Positions 38,160-49,132 of a stretch of DNA of 64,000 nt are shown here, piece after piece. Below the pieces are notes generated by a model. That model searched no databases and was not told the origin of the DNA. It saw only the letters and a program-made list of their open reading frames with translations. How positions within the stretch are numbered: position 1 is the first letter of the stretch; each line of letters begins with the position of its first letter. Location: assembly GCA_036785375.1 (NCBI GenBank), contig JAWMAR010000158.1, positions 1,488,001 to 1,552,000 on the forward strand. The letters run 5' to 3'. The position numbers and the translations under genes are program-made. The DNA is from Leucoraja ocellata (lineage: Eukaryota).

Positions 38160-38665
38160 AGAGAGTCAAGAGTCAATTTAATTGTCATTTGGACCCCTGG
38201 AGGTACAAACGAAATGCCGTTTCTGCAGCCATACATTACACACAAATAGACCCCAGACACAACATAATTACATTTTACATAAACATCCATCACATAGCTG
38301 TGATGGAAGGCCAAAAAAACGTATCTCTCCACTGCACTCCCCCCCCCCCGATGTCAGAGTCAAAGTCAAAGCCCCCGGCTGGCGATGGCGATTGTCCCGC
38401 GGCCATTAAAGCCACGCCGGGTGGTGCGAGGTCGCACACCGGGTCTTGGTGTTGGAGCCCCCGGTGTGCGCTCGCAGAGTCCGCGGCCATTCCAGCCGCG
38501 CGGGGCAGTGATGTTAGGCCCCGCTCCAGGAGCTCTTCGACCCCGCAACTCGGGCGGGAGAATTCGCCGTTGCAGGAGCCCCGAAAAGCGGTCTCCCTCG
38601 AGGGAGCCGCGGGCTCCCGGTGCCGTCGTCCACAGACCTGTCGTTGGAGCCTCCGACTCTCCGGT

Positions 38666-38705
<40 letters not shown>

Positions 38706-38905
38706 CTCCTCCACCGCTCCACCCGCTCCGGACTCGGCCAGCTCCGCGACGGCAACGGTGAGTCGGCACCAGAGTCCCCGGCTTCTTCCCGTTGGAGGCC
38801 GCTCCTCGTTGCGGCCTCAACGACACCTGAGACCCGACGAGAAAAGGTCGGGTCTCCAGTGCAGGGAGAGATTCAAAAAGTTTCCCCCCCCCCCTCCCGC
38901 GGGGC
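38160..38905 (-). mobile_element. Young CpG-rich non-coding retroelement with a Rex1-type 3' tail (putative non-autonomous element)
   Basis: The minus-strand 3' end '...atgacaattaaattgactcttgactct' resembles the Rex1 tail at 19900-19940. The body 38340-38905 is very GC/CpG-rich against an AT-rich background and has no recognisable protein motif. Confidence 0.55.
38666..38704. repeat. (AGC)13 trinucleotide repeat
   Basis: Perfect repeat, read directly. Confidence 0.95.
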
Positions 38906-39384
38906 TAGAAGCTAATGCATTTTTAAACAAGAAGTTGGGCTTCACACTCATCGCTTGGAAATTGCCATCAACAAGAGTTCAACAAGCTGACAACAAGAAC
39001 GTGCAACGGTTGTATGAGTTTCGGAGGTCCAGAAGCGGCTTATTCAAGTCGCACACATCTAAGGATGACGAAACATCACTAAGGTAATTGTCCATGAGAA
39101 ATTATGAACAGCTGATTAAAGCTGCTCAAACTGTCAGTACACTTAATTCATTTTAATTAACGCCCATGATGATGATAAGTGCTGAATGCTATTTGTGCGA
39201 TGCACACAGCTGTATGTTATTATTATGGAATTATTAGGCAATCTCCCATTGTAACGCACGTGGCAAGTAAAGATCAAATGTCATCTTCAGGTGATAAGGC
39301 AAGGAACGAAAGATATGTAATTATAAAGCACACGTTGCATAGTCTCTTTCAGGATATCTCAAAGCATGCGACAATCAATAAAGT

Positions 39385-39625
39385 TACAGTCAGTCAACAT
39401 GGAAACAGGCCTGTCGGCCCAACTTATCCATGTTGACCAAGATGTTCCATCCTTGTTAACCCATTTACCCGCGCCTTGCCCGTGTCCCTCTAAACCTTTC
39501 CTATCCAGGTATTTGTCTTTTAAAAGTTGTTTAAAAGATAACGTGCTAGAGTAAATCAGCGGGTGAGGCAGCATCTGTGGAAGGAATGGATAGGTGATGT
39601 TTCAGGTCTTTTAAATGTTGTTATA
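39385..39625 (-). mobile_element. CR1 3' fragment with a small Penelope repeat inside (~39535-39607)
   Basis: 'catggaaacaggcctgtcggcccaacttatccatgttgaccaagatg...ccctctaaacctttcctatcc'. 'tctttta' recurs on both sides of 'gtaaatcagcgggtgaggcagcatctgtgg'. Confidence 0.65.
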
Positions 39626-39861
39626 AGACTGTTTGTTTTTGCCAGAAATTCCAGCATCTGTAGTCTCATCGCGTACCTTCAAACTGAAAGGGCTGCATAC
39701 GTTGAAAGATTAAAATGTATTAAATGATGAAAAAAACACAAAATTCATACAGTATCCATGTTTTGGAGAAAATAGGGTTAAGATTTTGAGGAGACACAAA
39801 GACTGCAGATATTGGAATCTGGAACAAAAAATACATACTGCTGGAGGAACTCAGTGGGTCA

Positions 39862-40192
39862 CCATGGAAGTCCAGAACAAGGGGTCACAGTTTAAGGATA
39901 AGGGGGAAATCTTTTAGGACCGAGATGAGAAAAACATTTTTCGTACAGAGTGGTGAATCTGTAGAATTCTCTCCACAGAAGGTAGTTGAGGCCAGTTCAT
40001 TGGCTATATTTAAGAGTGAGTTAGATGTGGCCCTTGTGGCTAAAGGGATCAGGGGGTATGGAGAGAAGGCAGGAACAGGATACTGAGTTGGATGATCAGC
40101 CATGATCATATTGAATGGCGGTGCAGGCTCGAAGGGCCGAATGGCCTACTCCTGCACCTATTTTCTATGTTTCTATGTTTCTATGTTTCTAT
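39862..40192 (+). mobile_element. CR1/HER1 3' end nested in a Penelope repeat (39795-39860 and 40195-40312)
   Basis: Near-identical to 34325-34643, ending in (GTTTCTAT)n. Flanked by 'gactgcagatattggaatc...ctggaggaactcagtgggtc' and 'ctgatgaaaattctcaatctgaaacgtc...cctgacctgctga'. Confidence 0.85.
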
Positions 40193-40566
40193 GAAATGTG
40201 CAGTCAATGTTTGGGAGCAAGACTGGACTGATGAAAATTCTCAATCTGAAACGTCAGCTTTCCATTTCTTTCCACAGCCGATGCCTGACCTGCTGAATTT
40301 CTGCAGCAGGCTCAAATTTTCAAGGATATTTTGTCAAATTGAGGGAATTTAAGAATGGAACACCAATAAGGAGGGAAAGAGGAGGATGAAAATATAAAAT
40401 CAACATTTCTGATTGAATGAAGGATAGGTAATTTAATGATACAATTAATTATCGTGTAGGATGAAAGGAGGCCATAAAGTAAAGATGTATGAGAACACAT
40501 AAGTGCACAGAGCTGGGGAGAAATACCAGTAGCATGAAAATCTAGCAAAGCAGTCGATCATCTGCT

Positions 40567-40886
40567 GGGCAGCAGGGTGGCGCAGCAGTAGAGTCGCTGC
40601 CTCATAGCGTTTGCAGTGCCGGAGACCTGGGTTCGATCCCGACTATGGGTGCTGTCTGTATATAGTTTGTATATTCTCCCCTTGACCGCATTGGGTTTCT
40701 CTGCGATCTTTGTTTTCCTCCCACACTCCAAAGACATACAGGTATGTACGTTAATTGGCTATGTGTGTGTGAGTGTGTAAATTGTCCCTAGTGTGTGTAG
40801 GATAGTGTTAATGTGCGGGAATCGCAGGTTGGTGCGGACTCGGTGGGCTGAATGGCCTGTTTCCATGCTGTATCTCTAAACTAAAC
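40567..40886 (+). mobile_element. tRNA-derived V-SINE (HE1-like), full length
   Basis: A box 'TGGCGCAGCAG', B box 'GGTTCGATCCC' (~40630-40640), V-domain, and tail 'ggctgaatggcctgtttccatgctgtatctctaaactaaac'. Confidence 0.92.
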
Positions 40887-41109
40887 GAAAGATATCAGAG
40901 ATGTTGACTATTCCATGACCTACTTATCAATAAGGATCGACAACCCATGAGGCTGCCAGCAATATTTCCTGTCGTATCCGATACCTTTTGAGCCTAATTG
41001 GATGCAATTTATAACGGTAATCAATGGTGTCACCTCTGTTTTCAGTGGATGTGGATCCCCACCACACTGTCACCAGAATGGCACAAGATTGGCAAATTGA
41101 CTGAATGAT

Positions 41110-41386
41110 ACGAGAATGATCCAGCGGATGATTGGGTTATCAGTGGATGATAACATATGAGGATCATTTGAAGGCTCTGGGCTAGTACTCGCTGGAGTTT
41201 AGAAGGATTGGGGTCGGATCTATTTGAAACCTATCAAATAATGATTGGCCGAAATAGAATTGATGTGGAGAGGATGTTTCCAGTAGTGGGAGAGTCTACA
41301 ACCAGCGGGCACAGTCTTAGATTGAAAGTAAGTACCTTTAGAATGGATATGAGGAGGAATTTGCTTTGCCAGAGGGTGGTGAATCC
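41110..41386 (+). mobile_element. CR1 C-terminal fragment
   Basis: GSDLFETYQIMIGRNRIDVERMFPVVGESTTSGHSLRLK...DMRRNLLCQRVVN. Confidence 0.8.
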
Positions 41387-42769
41387 AAATGGGAATATCT
41401 TTCACCTTGATATCCCACCTGGAAATTATGTATTAAGGTGCCTTGGGGATATGGCAGACCATTTATTATTTTTCTGTACAAGTAATCCCCAGTTTAGCAA
41501 TACCAGTCCACCGAGACAATTTGCGTAATAAAATTCAATTTCAAAATATCTTGAATTTTTTAAAAATCTGAATTAAATCATGAAGGAGTCAGATTGTAGT
41601 AAAAATATTTCGGACTCATTGAGAAGGTAATCTGCCCTATGCACAAGCCCATACCAACAGCATCATTAAATAATATATATTTATATTAAAAAAATAGTAA
41701 AATCCTTGGTGTTTTGCAGGATAGTCATCAAACACAATTTGATATCAATTTTCCTGTTAGGTTGAATACCGAAGCTTGGTCAAAGAGATAGATTGTCTTA
41801 AAAAAAAGATAGAGAAGTAAAGTTCATGGGAAGAGGGGAAAGAGATAAGATTTGAGGGAAGGAATTTTAAAGCTTAGTCACGAATGATGGAGCAATTGAA
41901 TTTGGGCTGAACAAGTAGGCCAGGGATGGAGAATAGTAAATATATAAGAAAATTGTAGGATTGGAAGATATTATAAAAATAAAAAGGAAAGGAAAAGGAC
42001 AAACTTTTTAAAACTGGGATGTTGATTAATCATCATCCCATGTAGCTCATCTAGGATAGAAGTGATTGGTGAACATAGCAATATGCCTTCAATATCTTAA
42101 GGGGATCCAGTAAAAGTAACATAAATTCTCTCTTGCAGCTTGTTGGGAAATTAGGGCAAGCAAACATCATCTATAGATTTTCTTTCACTAGGAAAATTAA
42201 GTGTTTTTGTACTCGCATTAGGTGTTTGGAAATGTTCTGCAAACATATAATCCCAAGTTTCACCCCGAGGTACCGCCAGAATAATTTTCGTTTTCTCTTT
42301 GTGCTACAACATATTACATCGGCCATAACAATCCTTGTCAAGAAGAATTCCATTTCAGTGAAATGTAACAACTCTAACTCCAATTTGTTGCTGTGCAGGA
42401 ACATTTTGAGTCAGACAGTCTTATATTAGATGCTACATACAATGTAATTTATCTCTTTAAAAATACTACATGTGGAGTACATAAGTATTTATTTAACATG
42501 TCTGCTAAATGGTGTAATTCAAATTACCTTAATAGCAATCTAAATACATTAAATTTCATTGATAAGGGCAAGGAACAAATTTGGCTATCAGCGTATGTTA
42601 ATAAATCACATTATGTAGACCAGCACTGAAAATGAGAAGCAATTTATTGTGAACATAAAAAGATAGAGTAGACTACCTTATTAATGATGAAGTTGGAGGC
42701 CAAGGAGACAAAGGTCATTAAAGTATTATGGAGAGATACAGAAAATTATCTGTATCTCTCCACGACTAA

Positions 42770-43375
42770 GGACTAGTGGACTGTGCATCAAAAGAACTAG
42801 AATACAAAGAGTTAGAAGTCATACTGTATAACGCTATTCAAACTTTGTATCAGTGCCTGGATTACGCTGAACAGATGTACAGTAAGTACCAGATCACAGA
42901 ACGGTCTATTGGTCGCAAATGGAGTGCAATTTAATATCATCAGAAGATAGCTAGACTGAATGAGTTACATTCTAAGGGAATATTACACAAATTAGGACCG
43001 CATTTCCTGAATTATAGAACATCAGGGATGTTTTGATGAAAGCTTTCAACATCTTAATGGAAGATAGTGTAAGTGGGGTAGAAAAAAATTAGTTGTTTGG
43101 GAAACCAGGACTAGAAGGCAGAGTCCACAAGTTAGAGCTGGGGTTTTCATGAGTAAAATTAAGAAACATTTTGACATGTAGAGTGTGAAAGGCACTTGCT
43201 TGCTTCTGCAAACAGCAGTTCATGCAAAATCAATTATTACATTTGAATCTGGATTCTATTATTTACTAAGGGAAATGGAGTAAAGGCAAGATTATGTTGT
43301 TAAGTCACAAATCAAATTTGATCTCTTTGAATGGCAGAAAGGATAACTGTTTTGGTCCTTTTCCTGTGTTCCTGT
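42770..43375 (+). mobile_element. Highly degraded CR1 3' region
   Basis: Residual 'ctagaatacaaagagttagaagtcatactg', 'gggaaaccaggactagaaggcagagtc' and 'ttgaatggcagaaagg...ttcctgtgttcctgtgttc'. Confidence 0.5.
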
Positions 43376-46287
43376 GTTCATGCCACAGCTATTCAACATG
43401 TTTAAAGTGGGAAAAAAAATCTAAAACGTTGGACAGTTTTCCAATTGCTTTAATCAAAAATGCTAGTCGTTGTGCTTTAAAAAATTGAAAAAATTTAATA
43501 AATTGGTTTATTGTCAAAACTGGCATGCATTATTAATAAAGTAGTGATAGTGAAATAGCGTTCAACTCAGATAGATAGATTAGGATTTATTGGCCAAGAA
43601 CCCTTGAACAGTTTTATCAAAAGCCCATTCCTGTGTGACATTTGTTCTGCAATAAATCAAAAAGCAGAAATCTATTAGTGGACAGTAGTAGTAGATAAAT
43701 GGAGATAGGGGAAAAGGGTCATCAGAGATGTTTCAGTAATGTGGCTAGGCAGCAGTGTAAATGCACTTTTTAAAGTTTACAAATGATTATTTTACTAACT
43801 AACTGTCCCCATTTAGCATTTTGGTAAATAACATATCTTCAATTGCAAGTATTGGGAATGATTTCCAATTTGAAACAAAGCTTTGCATTTTCAAACAAAG
43901 TGCAGAGAAGAGAAGAGATTTCAGTATCACTAAAAAGTGGGAAACTGCTTGGATTGAAAACAACAAATAAAAATATGACACACGGGTGAAAATATCAGCT
44001 AAATATATTGATATTTTTCTAAGGAAGTGCTTTATCGGCTGTTCACTTAATATGTGCAATGCACAAGGGTGCAAGACCCAAACTGATCATGAAGTGTGAC
44101 ATGCCAGGATTGTGGGTGGACTACTGATGACTTGGAATTCTGGAGCATTTGTGTTGTTCCGCTTAAAATGGCAAGTATCTTGATAAGAAAATGTGTCCAA
44201 GTCAAAATAAAACAAAGGAGGGTTTGAATTTGTTCTTGCACTGGGCATTACTAAATTTGTGCTATTGTGAGTTAGAATTCATGATCAGCTACCAAAAGAT
44301 GCATTTTAATTTGGGATTGGAATCTGGTGTATAAAAACCAAGCAAGAAGGGAATTGTCTAGTTCCCCGGATCACTGATGAAAGCAAACTATAACCTGTGG
44401 TTGTTCAACTCTGACTCCTGCCTATAACTGATGGAGGTCAAAGAGATGGGCAGGGATAGTTCCTATTGGAGGCATTCCAAATGGAAGTATGCAAGGACTG
44501 AGGAGTTGGTAACTCCAGAATTGCATGACTGCAATTGATGTTATGTGAAATGCTGAGATAGGCAAGATACTGAAAGACAAATAAAACTGCTGGTGCTGAA
44601 ATCTGCAACAAAGACAAAAAACCTCGAAGAGTTGATCCAGCAGATGTGGGGAAAGAAGTTGTCAGCAAGCATTCAAAGGAGTCTGAGGTACAGTTGTTGA
44701 CCTGAAGCAATAACAATGTGGCCTCTTTCCACAAAGGCTGCTTGACTGGCTGAATTCATCCAGCATTTCTAGATTTTTTTCCTTCTCGACAAGATACTGG
44801 ATGGAAATTCTTCCTTGGCTCTGTGTGCTGAACATGGAACGTTGTGGTGGATACCCATCATGCTCTACTACCAGAATCTGAATCCATTGAAATTTATGGA
44901 ACTGAATGTCAGAAGCAAACCCTGTGGAACATTTTGAGATATCCTGGGATGATGGATGGCACAACACAAACCTCAGAAGGGGATGAAACCTCCTCTGCAG
45001 CCATCTGTGGAGGTGTTATTCCACTCTGACGTAATTTATCACCATGTAGTTTAGCAACACCACAATACAAATTAAAACAATCAAAGAACAAGCCCAGCTG
45101 CCCAAAATATGACATCCACAAATTACTGTAGGCTGAAGAGGGGGCTGACACAAATCATCATGCAATGTTTTCCTCCAGAGATGTTGCCTGACAGGCTGAG
45201 TTACTCTAGAGCTTTGTGTCTATCTTCGGTATAAACTCAGCACCTGCAGTTCCTTGTTTCTACTGACGGGTCAAACTCTACACTGGTCCAAGAGGTAAGA
45301 ATGAGATGTTTGCGGTTGTGTTTGGTTAAAATGTTCCACAGTAGTCAGCGTCACTGTCTACTCTTTTCACAATGGAAATTGTGAACTGGATACAGTGATT
45401 TGTTTTCAACCTCATGGTGGTACTTCCAAAAGCACATGGATTAGAATATCCTCTTCCTCAAGTCAAACTGCTCCATTAGAACTATTAAACTGTCTTTTAT
45501 CCAATAAAATTTCTGCCCACTAATTAACACCCTATAAGCCCATTCCTAATCAACAATGTCATCGTGGAAAAATGCATCCACGTACAGCTCATTAATGCTT
45601 GGTTCAGATTATACTCATGGACTATTGAGATCAATGGTGGAGGAGAAATGAAAACGGCGTTTTTTAAATATTTAGCTGCAAATGGTGTTGAAGAATTGAA
45701 GCAAAACCAGTCAATGACACAATGTCAAAGTACAAACCCTGCAATAAATTAAAATAGAGGCCTTCCATGATTTCAAGATATGATTGCGCCTACCATGATT
45801 TCAGGACATGCCAAAGTTTTCTACAGGAAATAATGCACTGTACATTATGCTAAATTATTTCTGTTTATTTCTCCACAAATGCTGATTGTTCTGATGAGGG
45901 TTTCCAGTAATTCTGTTTTATGGCATCATAGAATTATACAACACAGTAACAGTCCCTCAGGCCCACCTCATCCATGCTGACCAAGTTTTCTATTTAAACT
46001 AGTCCCAAGTGCTTGCATCTGACCCCTTGCTCTAAACCTTTCCTATCAGTGGCATGGTGGTGTGGCGGTAGAGTTTCTGCCTTGCAGTGCTTGCCGTGCC
46101 AGAGACCCGGGTTCGATCCTGACTACGTGTGCTGTCTGTACGGAGGTTGTACGTTCTCCCCGTGATCTGCGTGGGTTTTCTCAGAGATCTTCCGATTCCT
46201 CCCACACACCAAATACGTACATGTTTGTAGGTTAATTGGCTTGGTATATGTATTAATTGTCCCTGAATGAATGAGCGAATAAGTTTA

Positions 46288-46410
46288 AGAGGGAACTGCA
46301 GATGCTGGAGAATCGAAGGTTACACAAAAAAGCTGGAGAAACTCAGCGGGTGCAGCAGCATCTATGAAGCGAAGGAAATAGGCAACGTTTCGGGCCGAAA
46401 CCCTTCTTCA
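46288..46410 (-). mobile_element. Short Penelope terminal-repeat insert with 15-bp TSD
   Basis: GAGCGAATAAGTTTA (46273-46287) and GAGCGATTAAGTTTA (46411-46425), 14/15 identical. Confidence 0.82.
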
Positions 46411-46411
46411 G
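46384..46411 (-). ncRNA. Minimal hammerhead ribozyme motif (PLE-associated)
   Basis: Reverse complement reads CUGAAGA-A-GGGU-UUCG-GCCC-GAAAC-GUU. It has the conserved core, a 4-bp stem II with a UUCG loop, a loopless palindromic ACGU stem III and an NUH triplet. Stem I is not clearly formed in this copy. Confidence 0.6.
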
Positions 46412-46869
46412 AGCGATTAAGTTTATTGGCCAAGTATTCACATGCAAGGAATTTGCCTTGGTGCTCCGCCCACAAGTGACAACATGACATACAGTGACGG
46501 TTAAGAATGATACATAAAACATTAAACATTAATAATAAAACATTATTGATTAAACATAATGTTTAATCAATGTTTAAAGCAATTCATCAATACCAATCCT
46601 TTCTGGTGGGTGTAGGGTTAATGTGCGGGGATCACTGGACAGCACAGACTCGGCGGGCCGAAGGGCCAGTTTCCACATTGTATCTCAAAAAAAACCGAAA
46701 CTATCCATGTACCTGTTTAAATGTATTTTTAATGTTACAACTGTACCCACCTCTACAGCTTCCTCTAGCAGTTCGTTCCGTATACCCATTGCATTTTGTT
46801 TGAAAAAAATGCCTGTGAGTCCCTTTTAAATCTTTGTTCTCACTCTAAATCAATGCCCCCTAGCATTTG

Positions 46870-47045
46870 TTGTAGGAAGGAACTGCAGATGCTGGTTTAA
46901 ATTGAAGATAGACACAAAATGCTGGAGTAACTCAGCGGGTCAGGCAGCATCTCTGGTTAGAAGGAATGGGTGATGTTTTGGGTCGAGCCCCTTCTTCAGA
47001 GATGCTGCCTGTCCTGCTGAGTTACTCAAGCATTTTGTGTCTATC
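46870..47045. mobile_element. Fold-back Penelope terminal-repeat element
   Basis: GATAGACACAAAATGCTGGAGTAACTCAGCGGGTCAGGCAGCATCTCTG (from 46907) is inverted with CAGAGATGCTGCCTGTCCTGCTGAGTTACTCAAGCATTTTGTGTCTATC (to 47045). An imperfect 'ccc.ctagc.ttt' duplication lies at the flanks. Confidence 0.85.
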
Positions 47046-47155
47046 CCACTAGCTTTTAACGCCCCTACCCTGGGAAAAATACCAGGAAAAAGGACCTCAT
47101 CCACACCCCTCTCATGGTTTTATAGACCATTTTAAGGTCAGCCCTCAAATTCTTA

Positions 47156-47546
47156 TGCCCCTGTCCCACTTAGGAAACCTGAACAGAAACCTCTGGAGGC
47201 TTTGCGCCCCACCCAAGGTTTCTGTGCGGTTCCCAGAGGTTTTAGTCAGTCTCCCTAATGGTGAAAGTGGTTTCTGTTTCTTTTATGTTCCGGTGATTAT
47301 TTCAAAAAATTCAAAACCGGCCGCGACTAAAAATAGGTTGCCGTTTTAAAAATCGGTAATTTTTTAGTCAAAGCCGGTTGCAATGCTAGTTGAAGATGGT
47401 TGCAGGAGGTTGCAGGTAGTGGAAGGTCTTACCTTACCTTCCACTACCTGCAACCACCGGCAACCTCCGGGAACCGCTCGGGAACCTTGGGTGAGGCGCA
47501 AAGTCTCCAGAGGTTTCCGTTCAGGTTTCCTAAGTGGGAAGGGGCA
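47156..47546. mobile_element. MITE with ~85-bp TIRs, PIF/Harbinger-like
   Basis: TGCCCCTGTCCCACTTAGGAAACCTGAACAGAAACCTCTGGAG... versus ...CTCCAGAGGTTTCCGTTCAGGTTTCCTAAGTGGGAAGGGGCA. Flanks TTA/TTG are consistent with a mutated 3-bp TWA TSD. It interrupts a CR1. Confidence 0.85.
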
Positions 47547-47744
47547 TTGGGCTCCAGGGGAAATAATCTCAACCCATCCAGCCGTCCCTTATTGTTCAAA
47601 TACTTCTGTCCTATAAACATTCTTGTGAATCTTTTCTGCCCCCATGATCACATTCTTCCTACAGTTGCAGGGCAGGACTGCACACAATACTCTAAGTGCG
47701 GTCTCACACAATTTATTGCAACACAATTAATTACTTTTTGCATT

Positions 47745-47975
47745 TACAGTTCTGTTGCTATAATTGTATATAAAACGTGGCAGCAAATTTGCACATAACA
47801 GGCTCCTACAACAAAATGCGATAATTACAAATTGGTCTGTAGATTGAAGGATAAATTTCGGCCTGAATGCAGGGAAAAGCTCTTCTAATCTTCATCAAAA
47901 TAGGGCTACGAGATATTTTTAAAATCAACTTGAAAGAACAAACAGAATCCTAATTTGACATCTATCTGAAAAAAA
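47745..47975 (-). mobile_element. Ancient Deu-domain SINE relic
   Basis: 'aaacgtggcagcaaatttgcacataacaggctcctacaac...gattgaaggataaatttcggcc...gggaaaagctcttctaatcttcatcaaaatagggctacgagat', collinear with 37040-37220. Confidence 0.6.
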
Positions 47976-49132
47976 CAATGCAAAGGATGTTGTTACAGTT
48001 AGAGTGTGAATCATTGCTGTCCAGGCTAACATTGCAATGGTTTTTCAGCGAAATATCTTCGGTATTTAAATCTTCAATGTCTTCATTAAAGACTTTTTGA
48101 CTGAATGAATAACTTTGAACCATCAAATATTAGTTTGAACACAATTGTAGGTTGTGGCCTGATACAGGCACCAAATGTTAGGAAAGTGGCTCGAAAAAGT
48201 TAACATTAGATTGACTAAATTGATTCCAGACTAAATAGTAAATGAGATATTTATGTTGCACTGATAGCCTGGTAAAATTTGTTATTCTCTTGTGATCGGA
48301 GGCAACAGAAGCATCTGATAGAAGTATTTAAAGTGTGCAGACAGAGTAAACCAAGTGAAACTATTGCCAGACAGAGAAGTTGTTATATGGTTAAGTAAAA
48401 AACTAAGATGCAAGGAATGAAGGTGAATGGCAAAAGAGCTGAAGATGACCTGAGAAAAAATGTTTTTACATCGTGAGGGGTTAGGGTCTGGAATGCAATG
48501 CCAGGGGTGGTAGTTAAGGCAGAGCCAATCATACCGTAAGTAACTAAAAATAATTTGTAGGACCAGGAGGAGTGAGTGTGTATTATAAAACAATTTGTTT
48601 TTGATTTTTACTTGTAAACTGTCATAAAATCGTAATCAAAAAGCACAATTACTGTTACTGTAAGTTAGCATTCAAGAATTGTGTAACGGATGCGTACACC
48701 ATACATGTTTTGATGTTTCTGTTATTTGCGATAAAGATCTATGGTTTTGTCCTTACCTGAGGGGATGGCCAGAAATGTGGCAATGTGTAAATACCTCATT
48801 GTCAGACAAGCCATTCCATGTAGTGAATAGAACCGGTTGCCAGTTTGTTAGTTAGAAAGATTACAAACAAAGACCAGCTAGTGTACACTACAGGGTCATG
48901 AAATTAGTGGGAACATTGCATTTTCATCATTTCTCCACAGGAGAAGAGGTTTGCAGGGGAAATGGGGTTGGAATGGGGTGTAAATACAGAATTGGGAAAG
49001 TGGAAGCAATTGAAAAGAGACTGGAAATTATAGAGCAAATTAAATTGTGATTTGTCAAGTGAATTCCACACAATGACTGCATATTGGAAACTGAGGGTGG
49101 AATCTGATGTCTTCTGACAGACTGGAGAAAGC

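Larger units (their letters stand above)
46049..46700 (+). mobile_element. V-SINE (HE1-like) split by an insertion at 46266-46604
   Basis: Head 'ggcatggtggtgtggcggtagag...cccgggttcgatcctgact' and V-domain to 'aattgtccct' (46264). Resumes 'gtgtagggttaatgtgcggggatc...gggccgaagggccagtttccacattgtatctc'. 'ctatc' is repeated at both flanks. Confidence 0.88.
45925..47710 (-). mobile_element. CR1 3' fragment hosting multiple nested insertions
   Basis: Collinear CR1 pieces at 45925-46047, 46701-46868, 47046-47155 and 47547-47710 ('caggactgcacacaatactctaagtgcggtctcac' is [11 protein letters not shown] in reverse). Confidence 0.8.

Noticed and set aside
38009-39087. Overlapping 100-250 aa ORFs with poly-Ser/Ala/Leu/Cys runs as a host gene
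   Set aside because: Open frames on both strands are explained by high GC and the (AGC)13 tract; there is no recognisable domain or splice structure.
40567-40645. tRNA genes at SINE heads (also 49133, 46051, 23170, 58432)
   Set aside because: A and B boxes are present, but there is no complete cloverleaf and each head continues into a V-domain and LINE-derived tail.
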